Of a DNA stretch of 64,000 nt, positions 1-16,152 are shown piece by piece. Numbering within the stretch: position 1 is the stretch's first letter; each line of letters starts with the position of its first letter. The notes below the pieces were generated by a model, which saw only the letters and a list, made by a program, of their open reading frames with translations, ran no database searches and had not been told where the DNA came from. The translations under genes and the position numbers were made by a program. The stretch is from Tubiluchus corallicola (Eukaryota; Animalia; Priapulida), in the NCBI GenBank assembly GCA_030141605.1, contig JAQGDQ010000143.1, positions 442,275 to 506,274 on the forward strand, written 5' to 3'.

Positions 1-366
1 AGTCTCTAGAACGAAATGCTTGTAGCAAACGAAGGAATTTTTGTCGGGTTTTCTCTTGCCTTGTTTGATCGTATGCCGGCACTTATTTGAAAGTTCAGGA
101 TTTTTGGGCATGAATGTCAATTGGCATTAGAACAAAATTTGAACACAACATGTAGTCAGAGGCATACTAAATAGTATTGTGTTAATGGAAGAAAAGGCTT
201 CGCGACAGCATAAACAACTTTATCCAGTCAGGGTTTCTTACGTTCTGTGTTGACTTTCACAGCTTACACCACGCCATGAAATTTAGACAAGGATCTGAAC
301 GAAATATGCATCACCTAGCAGCAGTTTCAGCACAGGGCCTCGTTGCATTTTCACCATGAATGAACA

Positions 367-640
367 TCACATTGTAGTATCAGTGTGAATAAGTCGTAAC
401 TCAAGTAGCCCTAAATTTAAGCAAGTCAGCCTATCAGTGTATGATATTTTACCTAATGTTACACACTGAAAAGACGCCATAAAACATCGTTGTACATTTT
501 CGACAAGGTCCAAATCTTTCAACAGATAAGGATTCCAAGTGAGCGTACAGTTTTCAATAATACCAGTTTTAACAGTAATTAGCAGACATAGTAAAACAAC
601 GAAACAACGTAACGACACGATTAGCTTTTTTTCAGCTGTT
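367..640 (-). mobile_element. Decayed CR1-type LINE ORF2 C-terminal fragment
   Basis: Translation ENCTLTWNPYLLKDLDLVENVQRCF...SYTDRLTCLNLGLLELRLIHTD matches the CR1 post-RT motif LEY..VWNP....DI..LE.VQR.F...Y..RL..L.L.SLE.RR...D. Confidence 0.75.
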
Positions 641-1775
641 CTAAACATGAGTGATTTTTGTTTTAGTTTTGAGTAATCCAAGGTCGCTGACTTCGAAGGG
701 CGTTCTTTCGAAGGGAATACGGTTCCTACCATTGTATAATCAAAACATGGCGGTTGATTTTGAGCCTAATTCATGGGGCGTAGTAAATTTTAGACACTTC
801 TGCCGAAAATCCAGGCTTGAACTGGTTTACTTCTTCCGGTCTTGTGTTATTTTAATGCTGAATCTCGGTACTGGTTTCAAAATATGGTTTACGCAGCTTG
901 GAAAAAGCTTAGGGCATGCTGGAGTAATGCGTGATGTAACTCCAAATGGTTTGCGAATTCGTGATAGTATAAAAATTTATTTGCATTTCATTAAGTACAT
1001 AAAATACATGGGTACAAAAACACAATTAAAGTTACATGAATAATTATTACATAATATTAAATAACCCTGGACGATATTATATGAAATGTAAGGGAAAATG
1101 AAGCATTTATAGAATCCTTCCCCTTTCCTTATAATATATTTCATCTAGTTATAAATGGTGATGCACATATTAGAAGATATTTTAAATATATTGTACATAA
1201 TCTTAATATATGTGCGTACATTAAAAATAAAAATGTTTTTGTGAATTATACATCAAGTATATATAGTAATAAATGTTTTTTGTGCATTCAGTGTAATTTT
1301 TAGCTTTTACGTGATAAGTGGAAAAGTTGTGACATAAAGTGACCCAGAGACAAGTCAAGTCATAGTGCAATAATTACACGCTAGTATGTATGTACTACTA
1401 AAAAATTGTAATCATAACAACAGCACTAAAAGAAAACAGTTACTGTCATTATCGTGATTTTATTGCCGCCGATTTTCATACCCAGCGTTTCGTAACTAAA
1501 TTAATATACATAATGCAGTTATACATTATAATTAAGATGTATGCAGTACTTGTAAAGTTCACGAATTAGGCGTAGAATGGCAATCCAGATATTTCTTAGT
1601 TATAGTACAGCATTTATTTATTTCACGTATTTAAATTTTTATATCTCTGTAACTTACCGGCCTGCAAATAGAGGCCCCGTTTGTATACACTCATTTGTAT
1701 ATATATATATATTTATGAAATAAATTTTATCGTCATCATCAGTTACTAATGTAATGCACTTAAAGAACAAAAACG

Positions 1776-1910
1776 ACAGCCAGTACAACAACAACCATGA
1801 CAACAACGACAGTGAAAGCAGCAATAACTGCTTGAACAAAATTGACAGTGGTAGTAGCTACAACAACAACGACGACGACGACGACGACGACAACAGTAAT
1901 AACAGCAGCA
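1776..1910. repeat. Degenerate (AAC/GAC/AGC)n trinucleotide repeat
   Basis: Runs of aac, gac and agc units; explains the N/D- and V-rich ORFs. Confidence 0.85.
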
Positions 1911-2611
1911 ATAGGCCGCAGTGGAGCCCGATTTCTCACTTTTTCAATACGGCCCTTAAATCTATCGTTAAATGGATCTGTCCTATACATCACGCGTTCA
2001 GAGTAGCGAGTTTTCTCGTTACAATGTGTATTCTAAATTTTTAGGAAAAAAATGAATCATGGCAACGACAGTCGCTTCCCAATAATAATAACGGAAATAA
2101 TTTTACAGCAAGTAGGACGTGCCGGATCGAAGCCATCAGTGCGTTCCAGTTATCTAGAATTTTGCATGCAAGATTCAACAATGGAAGTGCATATGCAAAA
2201 CAATTGACAAATATTACAGATGTAAACCAACTACTGGGCATGCTTATTAGCTGGTGTGTAAGTAAACCTGAAACTGTTTGCAAGGGCGATGCAATTTCAT
2301 TGGCATTCAATTTAAGTCTTGCAGAAAAGGCTCTCCGCCTAATCAAGCAAAGCAAGCAGATAAGGTCACTTTCAGAGCCTATTAGTGAATTTCGAACAGC
2401 GCACAAACATTGTTCATTCCGAACGTGTGTTGAATAGTTAATGGCATGTATGTCTTTCAGCGTCTGTTTTGAATACTGAATTTTTGAGAAGTTTTGGAAA
2501 TGTGAGTGGCTTGCCAGATTACTTTTCGAGATAAGACATCTTTACAAAATTTTAAGTGTTAAAATTTTAAAAATGTGCGAAAGTCATGAAGTCCGTCGAA
2601 ACACTAGAAGC

Positions 2612-2760
2612 GAATGTAGGTAAAAGTGGCACAGGTACAAATGGCACAGGAAAAATGGCACGGCAAAATGGCAGAGGGAAAAATGGCACAGGAAAAATGG
2701 CACAAATGGAAAAGTTCGTAAAAATAGTACAGGTAAAAACGGCACAGGAAAAATGGCACT
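2612..2760 (+). mobile_element. Foldback-like MITE arm built of ~15-bp AAAAATGGCACAGG(T/A) subrepeats (copy 1)
   Basis: Begins gaatgtaggtaaaa, then about 9 tandem units with an internal cacaaatggaaaagt module. Same architecture at 17866-18093 and 23785-23827. Confidence 0.7.
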
Positions 2761-4009
2761 AGGAACTTACGTTGCTCAAAATTCTGAAATATGACTTCTT
2801 TTAAAAAACACTCAAACTTCAAGTTTCTAGAAACGCTATAGCTGACAACAGCAATGTATTGGAAGCAATGAAAATGCACTTTTTTAAATTTTTTAAAGAC
2901 ATTATAGTAAAAAACGGTCTTATTTAACATAGATGTAGTTATGGTAATGGTCATTTAATGATCTGGAATACCTTTCAGCATAATTACGTATCACGTGAGC
3001 AAACTATTACTCCATGCAAATAAGAAAGAATTCATGTAAGATGCTGCTTTACTTTGAACTTTTGTTCGCTTTTCGCTGAATAGTCGTCCGATTCCTTATA
3101 AATCGAAATAAATTCATATGTATAATCATAAATATTTAAGAAGCACATTTACTGCAAGACGACATTCAACCTAATCGTTTGTACATGTGGGTATTCTATG
3201 GAGCAACTTGGCCAATGAATCCAGCCATGAAACCAACCAATGAAATACTAATGAATCCAGCCTTGTCCCCTTACACATCGTGGCTTCCAGCGTAACCTAA
3301 GCTTCTTTGCACATGTATGAGGTCCGCGATTACTACCTAAAGCCAAAGCTTTCCAAGTAAGATGATTCTAGCTCGCACAAGGAAATAAAGCCGATTTTCA
3401 TAATATCTTTGATAAACTATACGTTGTGCGTGCTTGTTTGTGTAATCGGCCATTAGCACAGTTTGTATGATTTTCAGATATTGGAATGGCCTACTATAGC
3501 CTGAGCATGCGCAAAGATTGTCATCTATTAAGGTCGCGAACTGTTGGTGAGTGGTCCCCTGTCAAAATATTATAGTTCGATTTTACTAAAACGAAATGCA
3601 ATTCCTAAGTAAGCAAACATGGTGAATTCAAAGAAGTCAACATTATGTACTTCGAACCTTGAGTTAGGGGCCATTGGTGAAAAGCCACAAATTCCGACTT
3701 CACTGAAGGTCTTAATGTCAAGCACAACAGTATGTACGTACATGATGTTAACTATTTTGAAAAACGTGCTTTTTTGAAAAACAAAAGCTGTCATATAAAG
3801 CATCTCCTATTACCACAGTTTTTGATACTCAAATAGGTCCTCTAGTTAGTTTTGGATTTGTGCCGTTATATAAAATAATTTAGACGTTAAGATTATAATA
3901 CCTTACATTACAACAGTAGTTTACTCACAAAATATCTTCTAAATTTGTCATTAAATTGTATGCCATTTCAACAGTTTTTTCGTTTGAGGTCGAAACTGCT
4001 CTCCATTTT

Positions 4010-4900
4010 TCTCAAATAAATCATCTATACGAGTGCTAGTTGAAATGCGATTAAACCCGAGTCCAAATCAGTTTATCAGACAGCAGTGACGCGCTTCCGT
4101 TATCATCGCCTAAATGCCTTTTTCAAAATAGTCAGTAACTTAGCCCCACACTATTTAAGAGTAATTCTCCCGCCCAAATTAAACGAGGTTACCCCCTTTA
4201 TGTACTAGTGGCAGTAAATGCAGACATTTTAATTAATTTCCATTACGAAAGCTGTAAAAATCCGTTTTCATTTCGACAATTAATTTCGGCAACTTATCGC
4301 AGAACATTCGTGAAATTACACTCGTTTCACTTCAAAGAAGAGCACAAAACTCCTTTAAGTTTTTTGATACGTAAGAAGCATTTTTCATTTGATAAATCTC
4401 CAATTTCTTTGCATCATGCGCGCATGAGAGTCGGATTTTCTCAGCTAAACTATTACCTATTCTCTAAAAGTCATTCAGGATTACCGAATTATAAGTACGG
4501 ACTTCGGTTTGAGTCTGCTGAACACCTTTTGTTGTACTGTCCGTTGTATCAACAAGCTAGGATTGTTACGTTTGATAAATTAAATGAAATATTGCCGCCT
4601 GAAAACCTTAAAATAGCTACACTGGGAAGTAATGCTCTGTTGAAGTTGCTTTGTTTGGAAACGACTACTTTAATTATGTTGTTAATTGTAAACTACTCCA
4701 ATGTGAACATGACTATTTTTCCAGAAGTTTTCAGAAGTTTCCATCTCAAATGAAGTGCGTCAGTCCTAAAAATACACAGATTAAAATTTTCAACTATCGA
4801 TTTATAAATTATATGTTTTCTAAATAGTGTATATAGCTTCTTGCGATGAGTACCTTAAATCATGTTTTGAAACTGTCTGTTCCAATCCTGTAATAAATAA
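4010..4900 (+). mobile_element. Decayed CR1/L2-group LINE 3' end with C-terminal zinc-knuckle-like region
   Basis: YHRLNAFFKIVSNLAPHYLRVILP, then HARMRVGFSQLNYYLF...ESAEHLLLYCPLYQQAR, typical of LINE ORF2 termini (HARLR.G.S.LN.HLF...E..EH..L.CP.Y...R). Frameshifted. Confidence 0.7.
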
Positions 4901-6664
4901 TGTTATAACTAAATCAGAAGCTCGCGAAAATGGCAACTTGTAGACGGCATTCTGGCGGGATCCAGATTTCGCCAGCAGATCGGCAGAGGTGTCTCAGAAA
5001 ACCTTGCTTAACAATGATGGCGAAATAACAGATTTTTGAACTTTTCCCTAATTTGCCAGTAAGTTTCATTTACGTATTTGAAATAACTTTGCGTTACCAT
5101 ACTCGAAACTGTCATACGATGAATTTTATGTCACAAGTAGCAATGTTCTTTCGATTTTTCTCACCATTCGTTGATTGTATGCTCGTCCATTTGTTCTTTC
5201 GTTTGTTTGTTTGCCTCATTCGTTGACTGAAATGTCATTTGTTTGTTCATTGGCTAGCCTGCTGGCTAGCTCGGTTATTTACTTGTCCATTAATTTATAA
5301 CTCATCCTAATTAGTGTAATTGAAAACGCTGAGATACTACACCCATAAAGTCTATACAAAACGTCAAGAACAATGATATATGATTGAAGGCAGCCATTAT
5401 TGTTTTGTTCTATCAGTCAGCAGGTTTGTTTAACTTGAAACCTGATGCAGCCCAGCATCGTGTTGATGATCATCGATTATCAGGAGGCTTTTGTTAAGTG
5501 TCTGCCAAGTATTCTGCACACATCGCCAGCATGACCACAATCGTTTACATTTAGGAACTGCGGAACAGATCCAGTCTCCAACGTGCAATTTTGCAGCCTT
5601 TGTCTTTTGCTTAGCAAAGAAATATGATCACTTCTTCCTACTGAATTCGTTAAGTTACTGCTTTGAGTTTTACTGACTTGAATGGTAAAAAGGTAATATA
5701 TTTGGCAGATATGCGCGACAAAACTTTACTCGTTTTTCCGATTTATTCATTTCTTTAGTTGATCGTCCTTTCCTTCGATTAATTTTCATTTTAAAATTTT
5801 TGATAAATGTGCCATCAAGTTAACAAAATTCAAATTTCCAAAAAAGCGAGAAACACACGTTTTAGTTAATTTGTAAAAACAGATGTTTAACAAAATAAAT
5901 AGACAGGTCTATGACTATTTACCAATTACTCTTTTTTGTACAAATTAGCAAAACTCGTTGTTTTGCCATAAACGTGTACACTGTTGGCAAAAATCATATC
6001 TCGTAAGATGGCCACTCCTTGCAGCTGAGTTCATCTATGATTTCTTAGAACTCTCGTGATTCATTCAAATTCTTTCAGCATAGTGTATTAAGCCCACTTA
6101 AAACCATGAACAAAATAAACCTTAAGTACCATTTCAAAAGATAATAAAATTTATTTGTTTGCACAGCAATTTATAATAACATTCGAGCATTGGATTATGG
6201 TATGCATACGGTTTTAATACATTGTTAAACCATATTTGCCAAAGATTGAACTATTATTGTCTTTTTGACGCATGCGAAAATTGTCAGTTAAACAAATCAT
6301 TCAAAGCGTTCTTTCATTTCGCAAACATTGTTTCTTTCTAATCTAATCTAGAGTATCTAATGTTTAAACTATCTAATGTTTAAAAAAGTCGTCTGTATAT
6401 CATAGACAAGCTCGCTTATAAACAAAAGTTTTCATAAATAATACAAGATACCACGCTTGTAAAATTAAAACAGCAAAACTAAAATAAATCTGTAAATGTA
6501 TTTGAGACACCAGCATGTTTTTTTAAATTAAACACGCAACAAAGTTTTTAAAAATCTAATCACTGCCGTTACATAAAAATTTGTATGGCCCTGAGATATC
6601 ACTTGAGGACTTGAGTCCTTATATTTTTTATTTCCAAATGCCTTTGGGAACGCAGAACATCAGA

Positions 6665-6685
6665 AAGGAAGAGAAAGAGAAAGAA

Positions 6686-6719
<34 letters not shown>

Positions 6720-6750
6720 AGAAGTGAGAGGGAAAGAGAAAAAGGGAGAG
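6665..6750. repeat. Degenerate (GA)n purine tract
   Basis: Direct observation. Confidence 0.85.
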
Positions 6751-7331
6751 AATTTTCCCATTTTCCAAGTTAGCAGATGTCCGATGTTTCATAAGCTTCG
6801 CCGCTTAAATCAATAAAAAATGCGTCATTTCGATACTGTTTGGCGGCATAATAAGCTTATTAACAACATTCAGACGAAGACGCTTGTACTTGACTTCGTA
6901 AGCCACATACAATCAATCGCGATTAATGAGACGCTAGCCGATTATTACTACCCAGGGAAACTTTTGCAAAGGTGGTTGCTGGCAAAAATTAGAGCAATTA
7001 GTGGGTCGTAAAAATAAGGCACAATTTTCTATAAAGGCTAATTCACGCCTAAATTTATTAATAATTAGCGGCGTGCGTTTATACTTGGCTTCATTTACTG
7101 TTGCTAAAAGGGAAAGACATGGAATATCGTTACTGCAAACTTGCTTTGTAAAATTGGATTTTGTTTTCAGTCAGCAGCACAGTGCTCGCTCTTTTTTAGT
7201 AATGCGCTTAAAGGCTTTTTTGATATGGCTAACTTAAACCGTCTTACTTTAGAATAGATAAAACTCTATTCTATGAAAAACAGATTTTAAATTTAGAAAA
7301 TATACTAATGTTTTAATGAAATGAAAAATGA

Positions 7332-8964
<1,633 letters not shown>

Positions 8965-9149
8965 TCTCTCTCTCTCGCTCTCTCTCTCCCTCATAATAAA
9001 TTGATCAATTATGACTTATGACTTGACCTGCATGGTATTCTATTTCATAAATTTTCGCCAGTAGAAGAAATGAATGAGTTGATAAAATGAGGTTGATAAT
9101 GTTGTATTTTCTTTTACAACTTTCCCAGTCAGATTTGTACGGTGTAACA

Positions 9150-9330
9150 AGCCTTAGAAAAGCGTTAAATAAAGTGCCACAGTTAACGAGCTTATTAATG
9201 TTAAAGCAGTCGTATTTTAAGACAAGGGTTCCCTTGAACAACGAAACGCTTTTTATCTATGATTGGAATAGCCTTCCTATAAAATGCGTGAATACAAACA
9301 CATTCTCAACGTTAGTTTTGCGCGTTTCCT
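9150..9330 (+). mobile_element. Possible CR1-type ORF2 terminal remnant
   Basis: IYDWNSLPIKCVNTNTFSTL resembles TI.DWNSLP..VV.A.S...FK. Confidence 0.35.
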
Positions 9331-11926
9331 TCCCTTCTGAACCATTCAAGCCTGTTTTTTAAACCTTAATGTAAAATTCTAAATTATTTTCAAACGTTCC
9401 TTTTAGACGCAAAATCATAAATCAAGTAAGTTTCATCCACAATTGTTGTTGCTCAATTTTGTCTGCTGTTCAAGAAAAAGTAGAACAACAAAATTTATTT
9501 CTACGTGCAGAAATGCATTTTAAAAAAGTAATAGTAAAATTTAAAACAACACATTTTGCTGAAAAAACACAATAAACATTTCTCTATAAAAGGCTGAAAC
9601 GCATATACAGTGGAAAGCGGTATATATAATACTCTGAAGTCAATATAGACTGTAGTTCTCAGTTAGATCTAGTTGTCAGTAAACATTTATAGTTGCTACT
9701 TGTTGCACAAGGGTCTGAATTAAAGTTATTTAGAATATAACACTGCAACTTTAAAACACTTTCATAATTCTTTTTAATTAAATTGGAAAATTGTCGCTCC
9801 TACATGCAGTCCGTAATCACTGTTAAATCCGAGGAACGTGCCTAATCACTCACTAATTTACTGCCGCAGTTTTGCACTTTTCAAAAATTTGTAAAAGCAA
9901 GCAATTCAGGACGCATTATTGAAGTAATAAAAAGAGATATACTTACAATGACTATCTAAAAGACTCAGAACGTGTCTTGGGTGCAGTTTTATCACAAGTA
10001 CTCTGAAAAGTCTGAAAGGCAGGTATATAATTTGAAAGGAAAGCTTTTCCAGTTTAAACTGCCTAATGTTCCGGTACTTGTTTATTTCAACAAAGAGCTA
10101 CAATGTATTTTGCAAAAGTTATCAGCTTTCCAGACATTTCTTCATATTTACAGGACAAAACTTTGAAAGAACGTATATTAACTGCGTCACTGTCTATGTC
10201 TAAAAATTCAAATGAGGCTAATTAAAGAAGCGAAGATTTTCCCTATTCAGGAAGTGGACTGTGTTTTAGGATGCCCTTACTCGTGTAGAGCAGCAGTATT
10301 CCTCAAATACCTCCATATTTGATATCATTTTTTGCAATTGTGAGTTTTTCATGAGGCACGTGTGCAATGATTGCTATCATCATTACTGTCTAAAAGCTGT
10401 AGCGCTCACCTCATCTTGAATATACATAATAAAGGGTTAGGCGGCATGATCGTTGATTTTATTATTGCACGGCACAAAAATGAAGAAACGAAAACTACAC
10501 AGGCATTTCACTAGGTATACAATTGAAGATAACTTTTTAGGGGTTGAAGCACATAGTCATACTTACATATGAGTAGGTGGTTTACTTAGAAGATTTTAGC
10601 AAATAGATTAAATACACATACTTCACCTAAGGAATTATGCACAAAAACACGCAATAGACATATGCAGTATAATAAGAAGATACCCTATGATTAAGAATGA
10701 TTTCTATGCTGCTTTTTTCTAATTGTTGTTGTAGTTACTCGCGCGTAATTAATATCTCGAAATTACCGTGTCTAGGCACATTTAGTGGAGCATTGTTACC
10801 ATGCATGCACCAGCAATAAATTCACACCTACCTGTATATAATATACTGTACTTTTTAATAAAGGCAAAACTCTGTCAGGCATGGTCCATTAATAATTGAG
10901 ACTGAGTGGAAACATTGCTCTACGTAATATAAAACACCTATAATCTAACGTCAAACCAGCTAGGCCATTTGCGGGAAAACTAAATTGAGCAAATTGCGGT
11001 TCACCTTCAGCAGGTTTGAGCGAAATCAATTGTTCTTGTGGGACTCAGCAATAAAATATTGTGCAAAGTTAAAAGGATCGCTGAGATCCATATTAATTTT
11101 GTCTTGAACAATAAAATAAAATAATGGCGCTGCTATGCATGCAATAATAAGTCCCTTAGTTGTCACAAATGTCTCTGATAAGTGTTTGGTTTATTGGCTT
11201 TCACTTTTGTATTAATTGGTATCGTTGCTAAATTTATTCTTTTTGAAGTTTATATCAAAGATTAGAAAATTGCATCTTTCATCAAAAATCAGAATACTTA
11301 TTCCTTTCAAACTTTTTTCGAGAAATGAAGAATTTTTAATGTCAACGTGAGCAATTCGTATCGAGTTATTATTATTATTTAATACTTATCGTAGATGAGC
11401 TTTGCTTTTCTTTACTTAAGGATTTTCTTTAATTTTTGCGGGTTTCATTTCATCATTACATTCAATTCGTAAATCATTTATTACAAGATCCAAATCCATC
11501 AACTCAACACTCATCAAAAAGCCCCTTTTACTCGTTCTGTACTAACGTTCTATAACTTCTCATGTAGTTATGCATTCTGCAGTAATCTTATAATCTAGTT
11601 AATATGCACACGCACGAAGTGAACTGCTGCTGATGATCATCAGAAAACTTATTATGTGGTTTGTCTAATGAAAATTACTTTCGATCGGCGCTTCTGTTCT
11701 AATGGATGTTCCGCAAAATTGCTTCTAAGACAATAAGTTTTGAAGGTTGCAGTGAGAGAAAATTTATGGCGGCGTTTAAATTGATAGTGCGGTTTCTAGT
11801 ATCGCGTTCAATGTCGCTAGACCTAACGAAAACAGGCAAATTTTAGATTTCTTTGAGCTAATTTTAGACACTCTAAAACAGGTCACTTGATATCCGTGAA
11901 CGCTTATTTCTGCTTCTTTTTCTGAT

Positions 11927-11963
11927 TGTTATTGTTGTCATTATTATTATTATTATTATTATT

Positions 11964-12020
<57 letters not shown>

Positions 12021-12054
12021 GGTCGTTGTCGTCGTCGTCGTCGTCGCCGCCGTC
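11927..12054. repeat. Compound (ATT)n(GTT)n(GTC)n(GCC)n microsatellite
   Basis: Direct observation. Confidence 0.95.
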
Positions 12055-13971
12055 GCTTTGTTAGTTAGTTCAGCCTGCTGATAAATTGTTGTCTACTTCG
12101 TTGCTTATTATCTAATAATATAACAAACATATACAATCAAACATAACAACAACATTGATTCTGACATGACACGATACAATCAAGCGTAACATAATAAACG
12201 ATACTGCTGGTTGGTAACAATGACAACGACCTTTCAGGGTGCTAATATTGATAATGACAACAACGAGGCACCATTGATGCTCTCGAGGATGATGACAACT
12301 GTTACAGTGACACAATAGCAATGGTCAGAAAACTATTTTCTAATTACTTCATACCGCCATTCTAAAGCCCAACTTCATCTTCCTTAGCACTGACTTGTAA
12401 CTGCATAATTTTTACAACTTTTTACACGTAATGCTTTTTACTGTCGTAGCAGTGTTCCACAAAAATGGCGACCTCTGTAGAAATTGAACATTACTAGAGC
12501 ATTATAATTATTCGTCGATCTACTCTTGTATGTCACAATTATTATTAAATGCGCACAAACATTTACTATTGTACATTGGTTAACTGAAACATCAGAATCT
12601 TGTATGCTCCTTTGTGTTTTTGTATTTTCAAGACAGGACAGGGTGAGTTTCACCACCAGCAGAAAGAGCTCGGAGAAAATGTTTTTTGTATTAGAAAGTC
12701 GTAGGTTCAATTGCACCTGCGTGTTATGCTGAAGACCTCAAAAACGTTTTTCAACCAAGTACTTTACCTGTACCTTCATCTAAAAAAGAAAAAGTAGTTT
12801 CTCACAATATTTTTTGGAAAAATAATTCCTCACTGGGTATGCAAGAAATTTTTGTTTGGTCAACAGTTTTCACATTGGACTTAAAGAAATTGACCAAGGG
12901 AGAATTGTTAAATCGGGCGACTTATAACCCAGTGCCCACTTACTGTTCTGCTTTCGTAAAAGACGTGGATGTTTTCAGGAAACACTAAATGCAACAGAAA
13001 AGTAATCACAAAGACATCTGCAGTTCTCTCCTTCGTCTCTTTTCACTTTCCCCAGCAGGATTTCCCTTATTGCCTATCATTGCTCGGGTCGTGGACGATA
13101 CTGTGACATTAAGGTGAATTTACTACTGCTTTATTGCCGAAGAAAATAACTAGAAAATCGCCAAATGTTTGGCTAAAATTGGAAAATGGATTAACAATAA
13201 ACGCAAAGAATTCTGTGCTGAAGCAGCAGCAACGTCCAGCAAAAAGTTAATAGTTTACCTTGTACCTGTCACATGTAGTCGAGTTTTATTAGCGTTTTAT
13301 CTTACTTTGGGAAAAAATAATTAGATTGCTGATTTTTATGAGAGTCTAAATAATGTTTTCCCCTGAGAACTCTGAGACCTTTTTTTACAAAAAGAATAAC
13401 CCAGTCGCACATGCTCTTTCTATTATCATTACAAGCTATTTTTGTTAGCACAAGCAGTTTCGAGATTGGCTTCAAAAATGTCGACCTTCAGCTAAATAAA
13501 TAAGGTATATTTTACGCCAAGCCAAAAAAGCGGAATTTTATGTGGTCAAACAAAAGATTTTAAATCTGTCGCTAAGACATCAGCACACTGTTTTACTGAC
13601 TTGCTAACTCCTTTTCTGTTAACAAACTTAGTATTAAAAATAATATTTTTATTAAGATTGGGTTTTTCTTTCCCTTTCGTAACTTTTCCGCTATTTTGTT
13701 AAGGATTTGAATAGATATGTTTATCCTACTTGTGAAACAAGTAAACTATTAATTGCTATTACATTTTTATAGTGGTAGTTTATTATTACCAAGCCGGCAT
13801 AAATCAGTGTGTAAAGAAAGTCACAGCTGCTACCTAAACACAAATGATAATACAACGTTACTAGATGCTGTAAATCATCACACTGCAATGTCGTAGTGGG
13901 AATTATTTCTATTTACCGAAAGGGCGATATTTTCTGTATTCTAAATTTGGCCGTCAGAACAGTTAGACAAT

Positions 13972-14030
13972 GTGGTATACGCTTAGCATAGTTGCCCCGA
14001 AAGCAGAAGGTCTTGGGTTCAAACTTTTTA
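13972..14030 (+). mobile_element. Decayed tRNA-derived SINE head
   Basis: gcagaaggtcttgggttcaaac gives a variable-loop plus B-box pattern; no cloverleaf closure. Confidence 0.4.
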
Positions 14031-14896
14031 ATTTAGTACTGATTTCGTGCCTAATTTAGTACTGTTGTTTCCGAGAACAGTTCAAAAGAGCACATAAATT
14101 TGTTAGGGTTAGATCCAAAGCGTTAAAATTCGACAATATGGCTGGGTACCACAAAAATTCTGACTCAACTCATTCTGACTGGCTGAGTAATTTAGCACGC
14201 CTTCAATCCAAACAGAAACTCGAAAATTGCTGTTGATGGTGACGTTGTAAGCACTTATGTCCACTTCTCAGAATTAACAACTGAGAAAGGCCAGATTTTA
14301 ATGCCACTGTTCGCTTGCCATAATAATTGCTGCATAAACTATAACTAAGAGCTTTATAAATATAACACAGTGGTTTAATACAAGCCACTGGTATGCATTG
14401 CGCAGAAAATGCACGTTTTATTATATTGTAATTCGTGTATTTGGATTTGATTAACGTAAAAGCAAATAAATTTTAGTTCATCGTAGTCTGTGTGATTGTT
14501 TTGCTAAAGAGTAATAAAGTATAATTGAATAAAAGTTTTTACTTCCATAATTGAGCCGGCTATTTAATATGGACCCAAAATTTAAATCAAGTTAATTAAG
14601 GCACACATGGCTTTGTCATAAATTATGTTAGAAATAATGTAAAATAACTATTCATCATTTATGTCCTTTTACGAAAACTAGCCGCTGTTTTATTTCGCCT
14701 TTTCAAACGTTCGCCCACGAATCACAGGCAATCCTATTACGCAGAATTTACCATATCATTCCATAATCTGTGCAAGTCGTGCTTCCTGTATGAAATAAGA
14801 TTCAGCGATTATAAGAAACGATTACTTAAGAAACCGATGCAAAAGCAGCTTTTCTGAAAATCTTCTTTTTTGCAAGTAACAATGCATTACATCGAT

Positions 14897-15160
14897 TCAT
14901 GGTCGAGTGGGCACGCGACATGCTCAATGTGAATAGCTTGTGACTGCTTGGGTGAGTTCGTTACTCCTGCTGCGTCATACTGATCCTGGCTGTTTACCTA
15001 GTAGAGAAAGGACGTGTATCATCCGAACGTCGCTGAGAATCTCACCTTAGAGGGACATCCGACAATGCGCCACAGCACAAGTATCGCATTGAGAAAGGTC
15101 TGCCGTTGAGTGCTGGATTCCGGTTTACAGTGTGACGAAATATATAAAGAAAAATTAGAA
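14897..15160 (+). mobile_element. Probable tRNA-derived SINE
   Basis: A-box-like tggtcgagtgg, B-box-like gagttcgttactcc, GC-richer body and A-rich end. Confidence 0.45.
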
Positions 15161-16043
15161 GAATTTTGTTTGATTATAATTTCATTTCAGACAAGAAAGT
15201 CCGAAAGTTTCCAATTCCCAAAGTTCAGAGAGAATTTATGACCACATTATTAATAGTAGGCAGCGCACGAAATAGTTTAGTGAAGTTTAACATCAAAATT
15301 GGCTCCTCCAACTCTACTTAGTTCAATCGATTACCATGTTTACATTCTTTAGTTTCGCGATAGTTTATTTAAGCACAACATCTGTCTTCTCTTGTGGTTA
15401 TGACTTGCAGTTTCACAGCTTGAAATTGGGATCTTCACATTTTTTGTCAAGTGTTCGCCCGTGTGAGCGCGGAACAAAAAATAACAAAAAGCCGAAACCA
15501 TAGATCAGTCTGCTAGCATCTTTTTCAACAAGGAAATCTGAGCAGTGATCGATAACTTTCGGGCGTGTGGCATTTCAAATAAGTTCGGAAAAATTGAAGG
15601 TCTGAACTTGCCAATGACGGAATCGCAACCATCTGTGGGAAGGGGCGTTCGACACTGATCCCTGAGCTTCTTTCATGGATTGTGGAACGTGAATTAAATA
15701 GACAGAACTACTCAGGAGGAGAAATTCCTTGCTTCATTTGAAAGGTATAATAAATTCACAATTCAGAGCAAGACCAGTAATGTTGCCACCAGTAGCTTCT
15801 AACTTTCAAGATGTTTTTTATCCATTAAGAGATTCAAGATGCTTCAAAATATTTCATTTTGCACTCCCTACTTCATGAGCAGTCGATTTGAGTTTTGACC
15901 TACTGTGTTTTTAATCATGCGCCACTGAAGAGAGCTCAAGGCAGTAACCTCAACAGCCAGCATGTTCAGTGACATTAGTAAAAACTCTGTTTGAGTTTTA
16001 AGGTAGCACGCTCATGCGTCCGCTGAGAATAAGCAAATTTCAA

Positions 16044-16152
16044 CGATGACGATCACGATGACGATGATGATAATGACGATGAAAGTGAGGACACCGACGA
16101 CGATGGCAATGGCCATGATAACAATGGCGACAATGACAATTATAATATGACG
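16044..16152. repeat. Degenerate (GAT/GAC/AAT)n repeat
   Basis: Direct observation. Confidence 0.8.

Noticed and set aside
2041-2437. Overlapping ORFs on both strands
   Set aside because: No recognisable domain or convincing splice boundaries.
15191-15744. Large plus-strand exon
   Set aside because: The acceptor is plausible, but the donor (GTATAA) is weak and there is no long open frame.
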